Of a stretch of DNA of 49,672 bases, positions 21,001-33,972 are shown piece after piece. Source of the stretch: Azolla caroliniana (taxonomy: Eukaryota > Plantae > Polypodiophyta). The position numbers and the translations under genes are program-made. The notes beneath the pieces were generated by a model. The model was not told the origin of the DNA, searched no databases, and was given only the letters and a program-made list of their open reading frames with translations. The first letter of the stretch is position 1, and every line of letters starts with the position of its first letter. The stretch spans positions 1-49,672 of the forward strand of contig JBHGNT010000224.1 of assembly GCA_043228905.1 (NCBI GenBank). The letters run 5' to 3'.

Positions 21001-24000
21001 ATCGGATTTTGGTGTTTAAACTTGTGAATCGAAGGTAACTAAGTAGTCTATAATATAGAATATGAAAATCAAGATTTTGAAACTCAGGTCGAGAGACATG
21101 AATGAAAAGAAACATTTGAGAAAGCCGTAGGCAATGCTCCTCAATGAATAAAAATGTTCATATATGGCTCGTGTGATATGGGATTTTGGTGTTTAAACTT
21201 GCGAATCCAAGCTCACGAATCTAGCTATGATATGGAGTTGAAAAACAAAGATTTTGAAACTCAGGTCGAGAGACATGAAGAGAAAAGAAAATTTTCGGAC
21301 GGCGTAGACAAGAGCTCCTGAATGAATGAAAATGTTCATACATTGCTCGTGGGATATCGGATTTTGGTGTTTAATCTTACGAATCGAAGCTAACAAATGT
21401 AGCTATGATATGGAATTGAAAAATCGTGATATTGAAACTAAGGTCGGAAAACTAAAGTAAATTTGAGGAAGAAGTAAACAAGAGCTCCTCAATGATTGAA
21501 AATATTCATAGATGGCTCGTGTGAAATCGGATTTTGGGGTGTAAACTTGCGAATCGAAGCTAACGAAGTAGTCTATAATATAGAATTGAGAAATCAAGAT
21601 TTTGAAACTCAGGTCGGGAGACATGAAGATGAAAGAAAATTTGAGGAAGGCGTAGACAAGAGCTCCTCAATGAATGAAAATGTTCATAGATGGGTCATGT
21701 TTAAACTTGCGATTCGAAGGTAACTAATTAGTCTATTATATCGAATTGAATAATCAAGATTTTGAAACTCAGGTCGAGAGACATGAAGAGCAAAAAAAAT
21801 TTGAGGAAGACGTAGACAAGAGCTCCTTAATGAATGAAAATGTTCATAGATGGCTAGTGTGATATCGGATTTTGGTGTTTAAACTTGCGAATCCAAGTTA
21901 ACGAATCTAGCTATGATATGGAATTGAAAAATCGAGATTTTTGGAAGAAGTAAACAAGAGCTCCTCAATAAAGGAAAATGTTCATAGATGGCTCATGTAA
22001 AATCGGATTTTTGGGGTTTAATCTTGTCAATCGAAGCTAACGAAGTAGTCCATAATATAGAATTGACAAATCAAGATTTTGAAACTCAGGTCAAGAGACA
22101 TGAAGAAAAAAGCAAATTTGAGGAAGGCATAGACAAGAGCTCCTCAATGAATGAAAATGTTCATAGATGGGTCGTGTATATCGGAATTTCGTGTTTAAGG
22201 TCGACAGATATTGAAACTCAGGTCGAGAGACATGAATGAAAAAGTAAATTTTAGGAAGAAGTAAACAAGAGCTCCTCAATGATTGAAAATGTTCATTGAT
22301 GGCTCGTGTGAAATCAGATTTTGGGGTTTAAACCTCTCAATCGAAGATAACGAAGTAGTCTATAATATAGAATTCACAAATCAACATTTTGAAACTCAGG
22401 TCAAGAGACACGAAGAAAAAAGTAAATTTGAGGGAGCCGCAGACAAGAGCTCCTCAATGAATGAAAATATTCATAAATGGCTCGTGTGAAATCGGATTTT
22501 GGGGTGTAAACTTGCGTATCGAAGGTAACGAATCTAGCTATGATATGGAAATGAAAAATCGAGATATTGAAACTCAAGTCGAGAGACATGAATGAAAAAG
22601 CAAATTCGAGGAGGGCGTAGAGAAGAGCTCCTCAATGAAAAGAAAATGTTCATACATTGCTCGTGTGATATCGGATTTTGGTGTTTAATCTTGCATATCG
22701 AACCTAACGAATCTAGCTATGATATGGAATTGAAAAATCGAGATTTTGAAACTAAGGTCGAAAGACATGAATGAAAAAGTAAATTTGAGGAAGAAGTAAA
22801 CAAGAGCTCCTCAATGATTGAAAATGTTCATAGATTGATGGTGTGAAATTGGATTTTGGGGTGTAAACTTGCGAATCGAAGCTAACGAAGTAGTCTATAA
22901 TCTAGAATTCACAAATCTAGATTTTGAAACTGAGGTCGGGAAACATGAAGGGAAAAGAAAATTTGAGGAAGGCGTAGACAAGAGCTCCTCAATGAATGAA
23001 AATATTCATAGATGGCTCGTGTGAAATCGGATTTTGGGGTGTAAACTTGCGAATCGAAGGTAACGAAGTAGTCTATAATATAGAATTGACAAATAAAGAT
23101 TTTGAAACTCAGGTCGGGAGACATGAAGAGAAGAAAATTTGAGGAAGGCGTAGACAAGATCTCCTCAATGAATAAAAATGTTCATAGATGGCTTGTGTGA
23201 TATCGGATTTTGGAGTGTAAACTTGCGAATCGAAGCTAACGAAGTAGTCTATAATATAGAATTGACAAATCAAGATTTTGAAAACTCAGGTCGGGCGACA
23301 TGAAGATAAAAGAAAATTTGAGGAAGGCGTAGACAAGAGCTCCTCAATGAATGAAAATGTTCATCCATTGCTCGTGTGATATTGGATTTTGGTGTTTAAT
23401 CTTGCGAATCGAAGCTAACGAATCTAGCTATAATATGAAGTTGAGAAATCAAGATTTTGAAACTCAGGTCGAGAGACATGAAGAGAAAAGAAAATTTGAG
23501 GAAGAAGTAGACAAGAGCTCCTTAATGAAAAATCGAGATATTGAAACTAAGGTCGAGAGACATGAATGAAAAAGAAAATTTGAGGAAGCCGTAGACAAGA
23601 GCTCCTCAATGAATGAAAATGTTCATACATGGCTCGTGTGATATCGGATTTCGGTGTTTAAACTTGCGAATCCAAGCTCACGAATCTAGCTATGATATGG
23701 AATTGAAAAATCGAGATATTGAAACTCAGGTCGAGAGACATGAATGAAAAAGCAAATTCGAGGAGGGCGTAGAGAAGAGCTCCTCAATGAAAAGAAAATG
23801 TTCATACATTGCTCGTGTGATATCGCATTTTGGTGTGTAATCTTGCATATCGAACCTAACGAATCTAGCTATGATATGGAATTGAAAAATCGAGATTTTG
23901 AAACTAAGGTCGAAAGACATGAATGAAAAAGTAAATTTGAGGAAGAAGTAAACAAGAGCTCCTCAATGATTGAAAATGTTCATAGATTGATGGTGTGAAA

Positions 24001-27000
24001 TTGGATTTTGGGGTGTAAACTTGCGAATCGAAGCTAACGAAGTAATCTATAATATAGAATTGACAAATCTAGATTATGAAACTCAGGTCGGGAGACATGA
24101 AGGGAAAAGAAAGTTTGAGGAAGGCGTAGACAAGAGCTCCTCAATGAATGAAAATATTCATAGATGGCTCGTGTGAAATCGGATTTTGGGGTGTAAACTT
24201 GCGAATCGAATGTAACGAAGTAGTCTATAATATAGAATTGACAAATAAAGATTTTGAAACTCAGGTCGGGAGACATGAAGAGAAAAGAAAATTTGAGGAA
24301 GGCGTAGACAAGATCTCCTCAATGAATAAAAATGTTCATAGATGGCTCGTGTGATATTGGATTTTGGAGTGTAAACTTGCGAATCGAAGCTAACGAAGTA
24401 GTCTATAATATAGAATTGACATATCAAGATTTTGAAAACTTAGGTCGGGAGACATGAAGATAAAAGAAAATTTGAGGAAGGCGTAGACAAGAGCTCCTCA
24501 ATGAATGAAAATGTTCATACATTGCTCGTGTGATATCGGATTTTGGTGTTTAATCATGCAAATTGAAGCTAACGAATTTGGCTATAATATGGAGTTGAGA
24601 AATCAAGATTTTGAAACTCAGGTCGAGAGACATGAAGAGAAAAGAAAATTTGAGGAAGAAGTAGACAAGAGCTCCTTAATGAATGAAAATTTTCATACAT
24701 TGCTCATGTGATATCGGATTTTGGTGTTTAATTTTGCGAATCGAAGCTAACGAATCTAGCTATCATATGGAATTGAAAAATCGAGATTTTGAAACTTAGG
24801 TCGAGAAACATGAATGATAAAGTAAATTTGAGGAAGAACTAAACAAGAGCTCCTCAATGATTGAAAATGTTCATAGATGGCTCGTGTGAAATCAGATTTT
24901 GGGGTGTAAACTTGCGAATCGAAGCTAACGAAGTAGTCTATAATATAGAATTGACAAATCTAGATTTCGAAACTCACGTTAGGAGACATGAAGAGAAAAG
25001 AAAATTTGAGGAAGGCGTAGACAAGAGCTCCTCAATGAATGAAAATGTTCATAGATGGCTTGTGTGATATCGGATTTTGGGGTTTAAACATGCGAATCGA
25101 AGCTAACGAATCTAGCAATGATATGGAATTTAAAAATCCAGATTTTGAAACTCAGGTCGAGAGATATGAAGAAAAAACCAAATTTGAGGAAGGCGTAGAC
25201 AAGAGCTCCTCAATGAATGAAAATGTTCATAGATGGTTCGTGTGATATTGGATTTTGGTGTTATTTTTTGCGAATCGAAGCTAACGAAGTAAAGAAGAGC
25301 TCCTCAATGAATGAAAATGTTCGGAAATGGCTCGTGTGATATCGGATTTTGGTGTCTAAATTTGCGAATCGAAGCTCACGAATCTAGCTATAATATGGAG
25401 TTGAAAAATCAAGATTTTGAAACTCAGGTCGAGAGACATGAAGAGAAAAGAAAATTTGAGGAAGGCGTAGACAAGAGCTCCTCAATGATTGAAAATATTC
25501 ATAGATGGCTCGTGTGAAATCGGATTTTGGGGTGTAAACTTGCGAATAGAAGGTAACGAAGTAGTCTATAATATAGAATTGAAAAATCAAGATTTTGAAA
25601 CTCAGGTCGAGAGACATGAACGAAAAAGCAAATTCGAGGAAGGCGTACAGAAGAGGCCCTCAATGAATGAAAATGTTCATAGATGGCTCGTGTGATATCG
25701 GATTTTTGTGTTTAAACTTTGGAGTCGAAGCTCACGAATCTAGCTATGATATGGAATTGAAAAATATAGATATTGAAATTAAGGTCGAGGGACATGAAAG
25801 AAAAAGAAAATTTGAGGAAGGCGTAGACAAGAGCTCCTCAATGATTGAAAATATTCATAGATGGCTCGTGTGAAAACGGATTTTGGTGTTTAAACTTGCG
25901 AATCGAAGGTAACGAAGTAGTCTATAATATAGAATTGAAAAATCAAGATTTTGAAACTCAGGTCGAGAGACATGAACGAAAAAGCAAATTCGAGGAAGGC
26001 GTACAGAAGAGGTCCTCAATGAATGAAAATGTTCATAGATGGCTCGTGTGATATCGGATTTTGGTGTTTAAAGTTTGGAGTCGAAGCTCACGAATCTAGC
26101 TATGATATGGAATTGAAAAATCGAGATATTGAAACTAAGGTCGAGGGACATGAATGAAAAAGAAAATTTGAGGAAGAAGTAAAGAAGAGCTCCTCAATGA
26201 ATGAAAATGTTCGTAGATGGCTCGTGTGAAATCGGATTTTGGTGTCTAAATTTGCGAATCGAAGCTCATGAATCTAGCTATGATATGGAATTGAAATATC
26301 GAGATATTGAAACTAAGGTCGAGGGACATGAATGAAAAAGAAAATTTGAGGAAGAAAATATTCATAGATGGCTCGTGTGAAATCGGATTTTAGGGTGTAT
26401 ACTTGCGAATCATAGCTAACGAAGTAGTCTATAATATAGAATTGACAAATCAAGATTCTGAAACTCAGGTCGAAAGACATGAAGTAAAAAGCAAATTTGA
26501 GAAAGGCGTAGACAAGAACTGCTCAATGAATGAAAATGTTCATAGATGGCTCGTGTGATATCGGCTTATGGTGTTTAAAGTTGCGAATCGAAGCTAACGA
26601 AGTAATCTATAATATAGAATTGAAAAATCAAGATTTTGAAACTAAGGTCGACTGACATGAAGAAAAAAGCAAATTTGAGAACGGCGTAGACAAGAACTCC
26701 TCAATGAATGAAAATGTTCAGAGGTGGCTCTTGTCATATCGGCTTTTGGTGTTTAAACTTTCGAATCGAAGCTAACGAAGTAGTCTATAATATAAAATTG
26801 TTAAATCAAGATTTTTAAACTGAGGTCGAGAGACATGAAGAGAAAAGAAAATTTGAGGAAGGCGTAGACAAGCGCTCCTCAATGAATGAAAATGTTCATA
26901 CATTGCTTGTGTGATATTGGATTTTGGTGTTTAATCTTGCCAATCGAAGCTTACGAATCTAGCTATGATATGGAATTGAAAAATCGAGATATTGAAACTA

Positions 27001-30000
27001 AGGTCGAGGGACATGAATGAAAAAGAAAAGTTGAGGAAGAAGTAAACAAGAGCTCCTTAATGAATTAAAATGTTCATAGACGGCTCGTGTGATATCGGAT
27101 TTTGGGGTCTAAACTTGCGAATCCAAGCTAACAAAGCAGTCTATAATATAAAATTTACAAATAAGGATTTTGAAACTCAGGTCAAGAGACATGAAGAAAA
27201 AAGCAAATTTGGGGAAGGCGTAGACAAGAGCTCCTCAACGAATGAAAATGTTCATAGATGGCTCGTGTGATATCGGATTTTGGGGTTTAATCTTGCGAAT
27301 CGAAGCTAACGAAGTAGTGTATAATATAAAATTGACAAATCAAGATTTTGAAACTCAGGTCAAGAGACATGAAGAAAAAAGCAAATTTGAGGAAGGCGTA
27401 GACAAGAGCTCCTAAATGAATGGAAATGTTCAGAGATGGCTAGTGTGATATCGGATGTTGGTGTTTAAACTTCCGAATCCAAGTTAACGAATCTAGCTAT
27501 GATATGGAGTTGAAAAATAAAGATTTGGAAATTCAGGTCGAGAGACTTGAATGAAAAAGAAAATTTGAGGAAGGCGTAGACAAGAGCTCCTCAATGAATG
27601 AAAATGTTCATACATGGCTCGTGTGATATCGGATTTTGGTGTTTAAACTTACGTATCAAAGGTAACGAATCTAGCTATGATAAGGAATTAAAAAATCAAG
27701 CTTTTGAAACTCAGGTCGAGAGATATGAATGAAAAAGAAAATTCTAGGAAGGCGTACACAAGAGCTCCTCAATGAATGAAAATGTTCATACATTGCTCGT
27801 GTGATATCGGATTTTGGTGTTTAATCTTGCGAATCGAATCTAACGAATCTAGCTATGATATGGAATTGAAAAATCCAGATTTTGAAACTCAGGTCGAGAG
27901 ATGTGAAGAGAAAAGAAATTTTGAGGAAGGAGTAGACAAGGGCTCCTCAATGAATGAAAATAGTGATAGATGGCTCGTGTGATATCGGATTTTGGGGTTT
28001 AAACATGCGTATCGAAGGTAACGAATCTAGCTATGATATGGAATTGAAGTATCTAGATTTTGAAACTCACGTAGAGAGATATGAAGAAAAAAGCAAATTT
28101 GAGGGAGGCGTAGACAAAAGCTCCTCAATGAATGAAAATGTTCATAGATGGCTCGTGTTTAAATTTGCTAATCGAAGGTATGTAAGTAGTCTATAATATA
28201 GAATTGAAAAATCCAGATTTTGAAACCCAGGTCGAGAGATACGAAGAGAAAAGCAAATTTGAGGGAGGCATAGACAAGAGCTCTTCAATGAATGAAAATG
28301 TTCATAGATGGCTCGTGTTTAAACTTGCTAATTGAAGGTATCTAAGTAGTCTATAAAATGGAATTGAAAAATCCATATTTTGAAACTCAGGTCGAAAGAT
28401 GTGAAGAGAAAAGAAATTTTGACGAAGGCGTAGACAAGAGCTCCTCAATCAATGAAAATGTTCATAGATGGCTCGTGTGAAATTAGATTTTGGGGTTTAA
28501 ACTTGCGAATCGAAGCTAACGAAGTAGTCTAAAATATAGAATTGAAAAATAAAGATTTGGAAACTCAGGTCGAGAGACATGAATGAAAAAGCAAATTTGA
28601 GGAAGGCGTAGAGAAGAGCTCCTCAATGAATGAAAATGTTTATACATGGCTCGTGTGATATCGGATTTTGGTGTTTAAACTTACGTATCGAAGGTAACGA
28701 ATCTAGCTATGATAAGGAATTAAAAAATCAAGCTTTTGAAACTCAGGTCGAGAGATATGAATGAAAAAGCAAATTCTAGGAAGGCGTACACAAGAGCTCC
28801 TCAATGAATGAAAATGTTCATACATTGCTCGTGTGATATCGGATTTTCGTGTTTAATCTTGCGAATCGAAGCTAACGAATCTACCTATCATATGGAATTG
28901 AAAAATCGAGATTTTGAATCTAAGGTCGAGAGACATGAATGAAAAAGTAAATTTGAGGAAGAAGTAAACAAGAGCTCCTCAATGATTGAAAATGTTCATA
29001 GATTGCTCGTGTCATATCGGATTTTGGGGTTTAACCATGTGAATCGAAGCTAACGAATCTAGCTATGATAAGGAATTGAAAAATCGAGATATTGAAACTA
29101 AGGTCGAGGGACATGAAAGAAAAAGAAAATTTGAGGAAGAAGTAAACAAGAGCTCCTCAATGAATGAAAATGTTCATAGATGGCTCATGTGATATCGGAT
29201 TTTGGGGTTTAAACATGCGAATCGAAGCTCACGAATCGAACTATGATATGAAGTTGAAAAATAAAGACTTTGAAACTCAGGTCGAGAGACAAGAAGTGAA
29301 AAGAGAATTTGAGGAAGGCGCAGACAAGAGCTCCTGAATGAATGAAAATGTTCATACATTGCTCGTGTGATATTGGATTTTGGGGTTTAAACATGCGAAT
29401 CGAAGCTAACGAATCTAGCTATAATATAGAATTGAAGTATCTAGATTTTGAAACTCACGTAGAGATATATGAAGAAAAAAGCAAATTTGAGGGAGGCGTA
29501 GAAAAAAGCTCCTCAATGAATGAAAATGTTCATAGATGGCTCGTGTTTAAACTTGCTAATGGAAGGTATCTAGGTAGTATATAATATAGAATTTAAAAAT
29601 CAAGATTTTGAAACTTAGGTCGAGAGATATGAAGAGAAAAGCAAATTTGAGGGAGGCGTAGACGAGAGCTCCTCAATGAATGAAAATGTTCATAGATGGC
29701 TCGTGTTTAAACTTGCTAAGTGAAGGTAGCTAAGTAGTCTATAAAATGGAATTGAAAAATCCAGATTTTGAAACTCAGGTCGAGAGATGTGAAGAGAAAA
29801 GAAATTTTGAGGAAGGAGTAGACAAGGGCTCCTCAATGAATGAAAATAGTCATAGATGGCTCGTGTGATATCGGATTTTGGGGTTTAAACATGCGTATCG
29901 AAGCTAACGAATCTAGCTATGATATGGAATTGAAAAATCTAGATTTTGAAACTCAGGTCAGGAGATATGTAGAAAAAAGCAAATTTGAAGGAGGCGTAGA

Positions 30001-33000
30001 CAAGAGCTCCTCAATGAATGAAAATGTTCATAGAGGGCTCGTGTTTAAACTTGCGAATTGAAGGTAACTAAGTAGTCTATAATATAGAATTGAAAAATTA
30101 AGAGTTTGAAACTGAGGTCGAAAGAGATGAAGAGAAAAGAAAATTTGAGGAAGGCGTCGACAAGAGCTCCTCAATCAATGAAAATGTTTATAGTTGGCTC
30201 GTTCGAGATTCGATTTTTGGGTTTAAACATGCGAATCAAAGCTAACGAATCCAGCTATGATATGGAATTGAAAAATCAAGATTTTTGGAAGAAGTAAACA
30301 AGAGCTCCTCAATGAATGAAAATGTTCATAAATGGCTCGTGTGAAGTCGGATATTGGGGGTTTAAATTTGTGAATCGGAGCTAACGAAGTAGTCTATAAT
30401 ATATAATTGACAAATCAAGATTTTGAAACTCAGGTCAAGAGACATGAAGAAAAATGTAAATTTGAGGGAGGCGTAGACAAGAGCTCTTCAATGAATGAAA
30501 ATGTTCATAGATGGCTCGTGTTTAAACTTGCTAAGTCAAGGTATCTAAGTAGTGTATGATATGGAGTTGAAAAATCAAGATTTTGAAACTCAAGTCGAGA
30601 AACATGAAGAGAAAAGAAAATTTGAGGAAGGCGTAGATAAGAGCTCCTCAATGAATGAAAATGTTCATAGATGGCTCGTGTGATATCGGATTTTGGGGTT
30701 TAAACATGCGAATCGAAGCTAACAAATCTAGCTATAATATAGAATTGAAAAATCTAGATTTTGAAACTCACGTAGAGAGATATGAAGGAATAAGAAAATT
30801 TGAGGGAGGCGTACACAAAAGCTCGTCAATGAATGAAAATGTTCATAGATGGTTCGTTTTTAAACTTGGTAATGGAAGGTATCTAGGTAGTCTATAATAT
30901 AGAATTGAAAAATCAAGATTTCAAAACTCAGGTCGAGAGATATGAAGAGAAAAGCAAATTTGAAGGAGGCCTAGACAAGAGCTCCTCAATGAATGAAAAT
31001 GTTCATAGATGGCTCGTGTTTAAACTTGCGAATCGAAGGTAACTAAGTAGTCTATAATATAGAATTGAAAAATTAAGAGTTTGAAACTCAGGTCGAAAGA
31101 GATGAAGAGAAAAGAAAATTTGAGGAACGCGTTGACAAGAGCTCCTCAATCAATGAAAATGTTCATACATTGCTCGTGTGATATCGGATTTTGGTGTTTA
31201 ATCTTGCGAATCGAATCTAAGGAATCTAGCTATGATATGGAATTGGAAAATCAAGATTTTGAAACTCAAGTCGAGACACTTGAAGAAAAAAGCAAATTTG
31301 AGGGAGGCGTAGACAAGAGCTCCTCAATGAATGAAAACGTTCATAGATGGCTCGTGTTTAAACTTGCGAATCGAAGCTAATTAAGTAGTCTATTATATAG
31401 ACTTTAAAAATCAAGAGTTTGAAACTCAGGTCGAGAGACATGAAGAGCAAAGATTTTTGGAATTGAAAAACCGAGATTTTTGGAAGAAGTAAACAAGAGC
31501 TCCTGAATGAAGGAAAATGTTCATAGATGGCTCGTGTGAAATCGGATATTGGGGTTTAAACTTGTCAATCAAAGCTAACGAAGTAGTCTATAATATAGAA
31601 TTGACAAATCAAGATTTTGAAACTCACGTCAAGAGACATGAAGAAAAAATTTGAGGAAGGCGTAGACAAGAGCTCCTCAATGAATGAAAATGTTCATAGA
31701 TGGCTTGTGTGATATTGGATTTTGGTGTTTAATCTTACGAATCGAAGGTAACGAATCTAGCTATGATATGGAATTGAAAAATCAAGCTTTTGAAACTCAG
31801 GTCGAGAGACATGAATGAAAATGAATATTCGAGGAAGGCGTACACAAGAGCTCCTCAATGTATGAAAATGCTCATAAATGCCTCGTGTGATATCGGATTT
31901 TGGTGTTTAATCTTGCGAATCGAAGCTTACGAATCTAGCTATGATATAGAATTGAAAAATCAAGATATTGAAACTAAGGTCGAGAAACATGAATGAAAAA
32001 GAAAATTTGAGGAAGAAGTAAACAAGAGCTCCATAATGAATGAAAATGTTCATAGATGGCTTGTGTGATATTGCATTTTGGTGTTTAAACTTACGAATCG
32101 AAGGTAACGAATCTAGCTATGATATGGAATTGACAAATCAAGATTTTGAAACTCAGGTCAAGAGACATGAAGAAAAAAGCAAATTTGAGGAAGGCGTAGA
32201 CAAGAGCTCCTCAATGAATGAAATGTTCATACATGGCTCGTGTTATATTGGATTTTGGTGTTTAAACATGCGAATCCAAGCTCACGAATCTAGCTATGAT
32301 ATGGAATTGAAAAATAAAGATTTTGAAACTCAGGTTGAAATCCATATTTTGAAACTCAGGTGGAGAGATGTGAAGAGAAAAGAAATTTTGAGGAAGGCGT
32401 AGATAAGAGCTTCTCAATCAATGAAAATGTTCAAAAATGGCTCGTGTGAAATTAGATTTTGCGGTTTAAACTTGTGAATCGAAGCTAACGAAGAAGTCTA
32501 TAATATAAAATTGACAAATCAAGATTTTGAAACTCAGGTCAAGAGACATGAAGAAAAAAGCAAATTTGAGGAAGGCGTAGACAAGAGCTCCTCAATGAAT
32601 GAAAATGTTCATAGACGGCTAGTGTGATATCGGATTTCGGTGTTTAAACTTGTGAATGCAAGTTCACGAATCTAGCTATAATATGGAGTTTAAAAATAAA
32701 GATTTGGAAACTCAGGTCGAAAGGAATGAATGAAAAAGCAAATTTGACGAAGGCGTAGACAAGAGCTCATCACTGAATGAAAATGTTCATAGATGGCTCG
32801 TGTGATATCGGATTTTGGTGTTTAAACTTGCGAATCAAAGCTAACGAATCTAGCTATGATATGGAATTGAAAAATCGAGATATTGAAACTAAGGTCGAGG
32901 GACATGAATGAAAAACAAAATTTGAGGAAGAAGTAAAGAAGAGCTCCTCAATGAATGAAAATGTTCGTAGATTTTGAAACTCAGGTCGAAAGACATGAAG

Positions 33001-33972
33001 AAAAAAGCAAATTTAAGGATGGCGTTGACAAGAGCTCCTCAATGAATGAAAATGTTCATACATTGCTCGTGTGATATCGGATTTTGGTGTTTAATCTGCG
33101 AATCGAAGCTAACGAATCTAGCTATGACATGGAATTGAAAAATCGAGATTTTGAAACTAAGGTCGAGGGACATGAATGAAAAAGGAAATTTGAGCAAGAA
33201 GTAAAGAAGAGCTCCTTAATGAATGAAAATGTTCGTAGATGGCTCGTGTGATATCGGATTGTGGTGTCTAAATTTGCGAATCGAAGCTCACGAATCTAGC
33301 TATGATATGGAATTGAAAAATCGAGATATTGAAACTAAGGTCGAGGGACATGAATGAAAAAGAAAATTTGAGGAAGAAGTAAACAAGAGCTCCTCAATGA
33401 ATGAAAATGTTCATAGATGGCTCGTGTGAAATCGGATTTTGGAGTTTAAAAATTGCGAATCGAAGCTAACGCAGTAGTCTATAATATAGAATTGTTAAAT
33501 CAAGATTGAAGCTCATGTCAAGAGACATGAATGAAAAAGCAAATTTGAGGAAGGTGTAGACAAGAACTCCTCAATGAATGAAAATGTTCATACATTGCTC
33601 GTGTGATATCGGATTTTGGTGTTTAATCTTGCAAATCGAATCTAACGAATCTAGCTATGATATGGAATTTGAAAATCAAGATTTTTGGAAGAAGTAAACA
33701 ACAGCTCCTCAATGAAAGAAAATGTTCATAGATGGCTCGTGTGAAATCGGATTTTGGGGTTTAAACTTGTCAATCGAAGCTAACGAAGTAGTCTATAATA
33801 TACAATTCACAAATCAACATTTTGAAATTGAGGTCAAGAGACATGAAGAAAAAAGAAAATTTGAGGAAGGCGTAGACAAGAGCTCCTCAATGAATGAAAA
33901 TGTTCATAAATGGCTCGTGTGAAATCGGATTTTGGGGTGTAAACTTGCGAATCGAAGGTAACGAATCTAGCT
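18051..33972. repeat. Satellite subfamily B (heterogeneous, many deletion variants)
   Basis: Diagnostic GAGGAAGGCGTAGACAAGAGCTCCTCAATGAATG and ATAGATGGCTCG; ACGAATCTAGCT and ACGAAGTAGTCT monomer types. Confidence 0.88.
19179..20235 (+). mobile_element. Solo LTR (1057 bp) inserted in the satellite, probably Ty3/gypsy
   Basis: Perfect inverted ends TGTCGTG...CACGACA; flanks ACGC / ACAC; no coding capacity; TATA-like TATTTAAA at ~19773 gives the orientation; the satellite resumes in register. Confidence 0.85.
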
